Source of the DNA: Ascidiella aspersa
Lineage: Eukaryota
Direction: 5' to 3'
Assembly (NCBI GenBank): GCA_963924565.1
Contig: OZ004607.1
Location: 27,032,001 to 27,096,000 of the forward strand
Length of the DNA stretch: 64,000 nucleotides
Numbering within the stretch: the first letter of the stretch is position 1; every line of letters starts with the position of its first letter. Positions 61,711 to 64,000 of the stretch are shown in pieces. Both the position numbers and the translations under genes were made by a program. Below the pieces are notes generated by a model. That model was not told where the DNA came from. It made no database searches and saw only the letters and a program-made list of their open reading frames with translations.

Positions 61711-64000
61711 TGAGCCTTGCTAACTTGGGTTCTCTAACCCTGAAAAAGGCCCGGTATATGGTAATTCAGGATGATCTAGCCAAAACCTTGTACCTGTTTT
61801 CACGCAAAACATACCGTACGTCTCTAACATTTTTAAGGAGAAAAGCGTGAGCTAGGCACTTTGACACGGACGTTTTATACAAATAGGGTTAAATTTGCAG
61901 TTGCTTGATTAGATCCTTGCAGTTTAACATTTAACTCACACTTAACAACCATTTTAAGTCACAAATACCAAAACAATTGTGAAGATAGAATCTTGTTCAT
62001 CGATAGTTTTAATTAATGGCACCGGTTTCGCGTTTACCAAACATACTCCTCGACTGTTTTCTGTCGAAATAACCTCCTCGAAGCAATAACGCTACATGGA
62101 ACACTAACAGCCAATTTAAACTTGATGTTGAATAAAGTACAAGATGTTACTGTTCTAAGTGAGGACTCAAAACGAAATCATACTTGCTTAGGCGTTTCTC
62201 GTGGTTAATAAACCCCCAAGGGTCCAATCTTCTTTCCCTTTTTTCTCATTTCTGTCGTCACGTTTTGACGGATGACGTGATTCGGCGATAATGACATTAG
62301 CACCATTGAAACTTTACTTTACAAATCAAATGGAAAAATAGAGCTCACAGTTAGACATCGCTGTGCTCAACATGTTTTCGAGTATGAGAAGTTTAACCTG
62401 GACAAGCGTTGAGAATTTTACAACATATAAACATTGACTAATAAACCTAAACATTAATATTTTTCTATGGGATACAGATGTTTTCAAAAAAAAAAATATA
62501 TATACACGTTTTATTTACCTCTATTTGACTCAAGGATTTTGCAAGTCCGGCTTTGATAACATTATTATTTGTTTATTAAACAGATTAATCCACGAATACG
62601 AAGAAATAATTCTGTAGACCTTTCCTATCATAAAAGAGTATAACAAAAGTAGAATGATATCCAAATGTTGCAACACATTATCACATAGTCACATACCAAA
62701 TAAAATTACTCAATATCTTAGTTAGTTGCCAACATGTGGTGATAACAGACTGTAAATTAGGTTAATACTGTATGCTGGTATAAATAACGAATAGCTATAC
62801 AATAAATAAAAGTTGATATGTTTCGAAAAGAAAATACTAAATATTGGAATCGTGAAAACGTGGAAAGACAGGGTTCCAAATGAATGGGCTGTAAAGAGTC
62901 CGATAGGCGCAATCCAAAAATAACCACCTTCGGGTTGCTTCGGTGGGAGATCAGACGCTGATTGGTCGCTAATATCTGCGAGTGACGTAGCGCAAGTGTG
63001 TCATGCGAACAGTTGTCGGCACTCGTCACCCCGACAAGCGTCTACGTCGCTGCCTGTCGAGCCAGATGCGTTAATGCGCCGCATGCCTGCATGTCTGCAT
63101 GTATGGCAAAACGGCATCTGTCACACAGCAGCATCTTAGTTGGTAAGATTCGGAGTTGCTGTGAACATGTAAAGCGCTAAATCTTGAATAGCTAAAGGAT
63201 TTTGTAGCAAATTTGGAATAATTTTTTTTAACCCATATGTAGTTTGAAAACATAAGAATAAAATCCCTCTTTTGAGCTTTCAAATCTCCATTGAGTTTGT
63301 CACTGCGACGTCACACTATTTAATAAACCACCGTTATTTAGTGGGATTCGCATGTTAAATAAATTAACATTTTAAACAGCAGTTGTGGACTCTATAGTGA
63401 TTAAACGTAAATTTTTTTAAACTTTTTTAGATATTCGTTGGCAAAGCACTTCCCTATATAATGTTTAAACTATCGCGCAACAGCAATTAAGTCTGCATAA
63501 ATAGGGTTTCGAAATCTGCAAAATGACGTGACAAACGCATACATTTATGTTGGGTTGTGGGATAGTCTTTCCCTATTAAAATGTTTCAGGTTTGAATTAA
63601 GGTAAGGTAAGGTGGTGTTTAGTTCAGTTTATAAAGCTTTCATTGTGCAATAAATAAGTAAAAAGTGACTAGGCCTACGATGGTACTATTCCACAATGCT
63701 CGGTATTTAATAAACCCGAGATGTACGTTATTCAAAACGCATTACCTTTTGTTTAAATATACTCCATGATTGATTGATATGATAAAAAAATCACAATTAA
63801 TTTCAAGCTTTAGTGAGGTTAAAAACAACTATGCTGTGGCCATATGAGTTACATATAGCACGTTCACAGCAACCAAAAATGCACATTTTTATTGCAAAAT
63901 TCAACTCCTATAGTAGCCTATACTTACAATATTTGGACAAATGGGCTAAAATATTGTGTTAATTTTGGTGTTCAAGCATGCTCATTGCTCAACCTAAAGT

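Noticed and set aside
147-63283. Most remaining short ORFs in the six-frame track
   Set aside because: They are antisense or shifted-frame shadows of real exons, or chance ORFs in AT-rich introns and MITEs, with no recognisable motifs.

Overview
AT-rich, intron-rich animal genomic DNA, most likely an ascidian tunicate (inferred from the troponin T sequence and gene style; not proven). Exon chains were reconstructed by eye using splice sites and phase continuity. Four protein genes: (1) a minus-strand, >=19-exon gene for a large secreted, heavily N-glycosylated coiled-coil protein (signal peptide at 17254, >=1329 aa, runs off the left edge); (2) the plus-strand 32-exon meiotic helicase HFM1/MER3 (24760-56091), with one U12-type intron and three GC-AG introns; (3) a two-exon, retrogene-like folylpolyglutamate synthase nested antisense in HFM1 intron 19, followed by a decayed duplicate of its last exon; (4) minus-strand troponin T (61352-57237), whose acidic N-terminal exons have distant branch points. 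Non-coding content includes a decaying tRNA-Met tandem array, about a dozen hAT-type MITEs (many with 8-bp TSDs; one splits a splice acceptor from its polypyrimidine tract), a decayed Chapaev3-like transposon and a 2.2-kb TIR element with CTCF-like ends. The most unusual signals are a small repeat family carrying minimal hammerhead ribozyme motifs and a tRNA-like Pol III cassette enclosed in a 74-bp inverted repeat with an 18-bp TSD.
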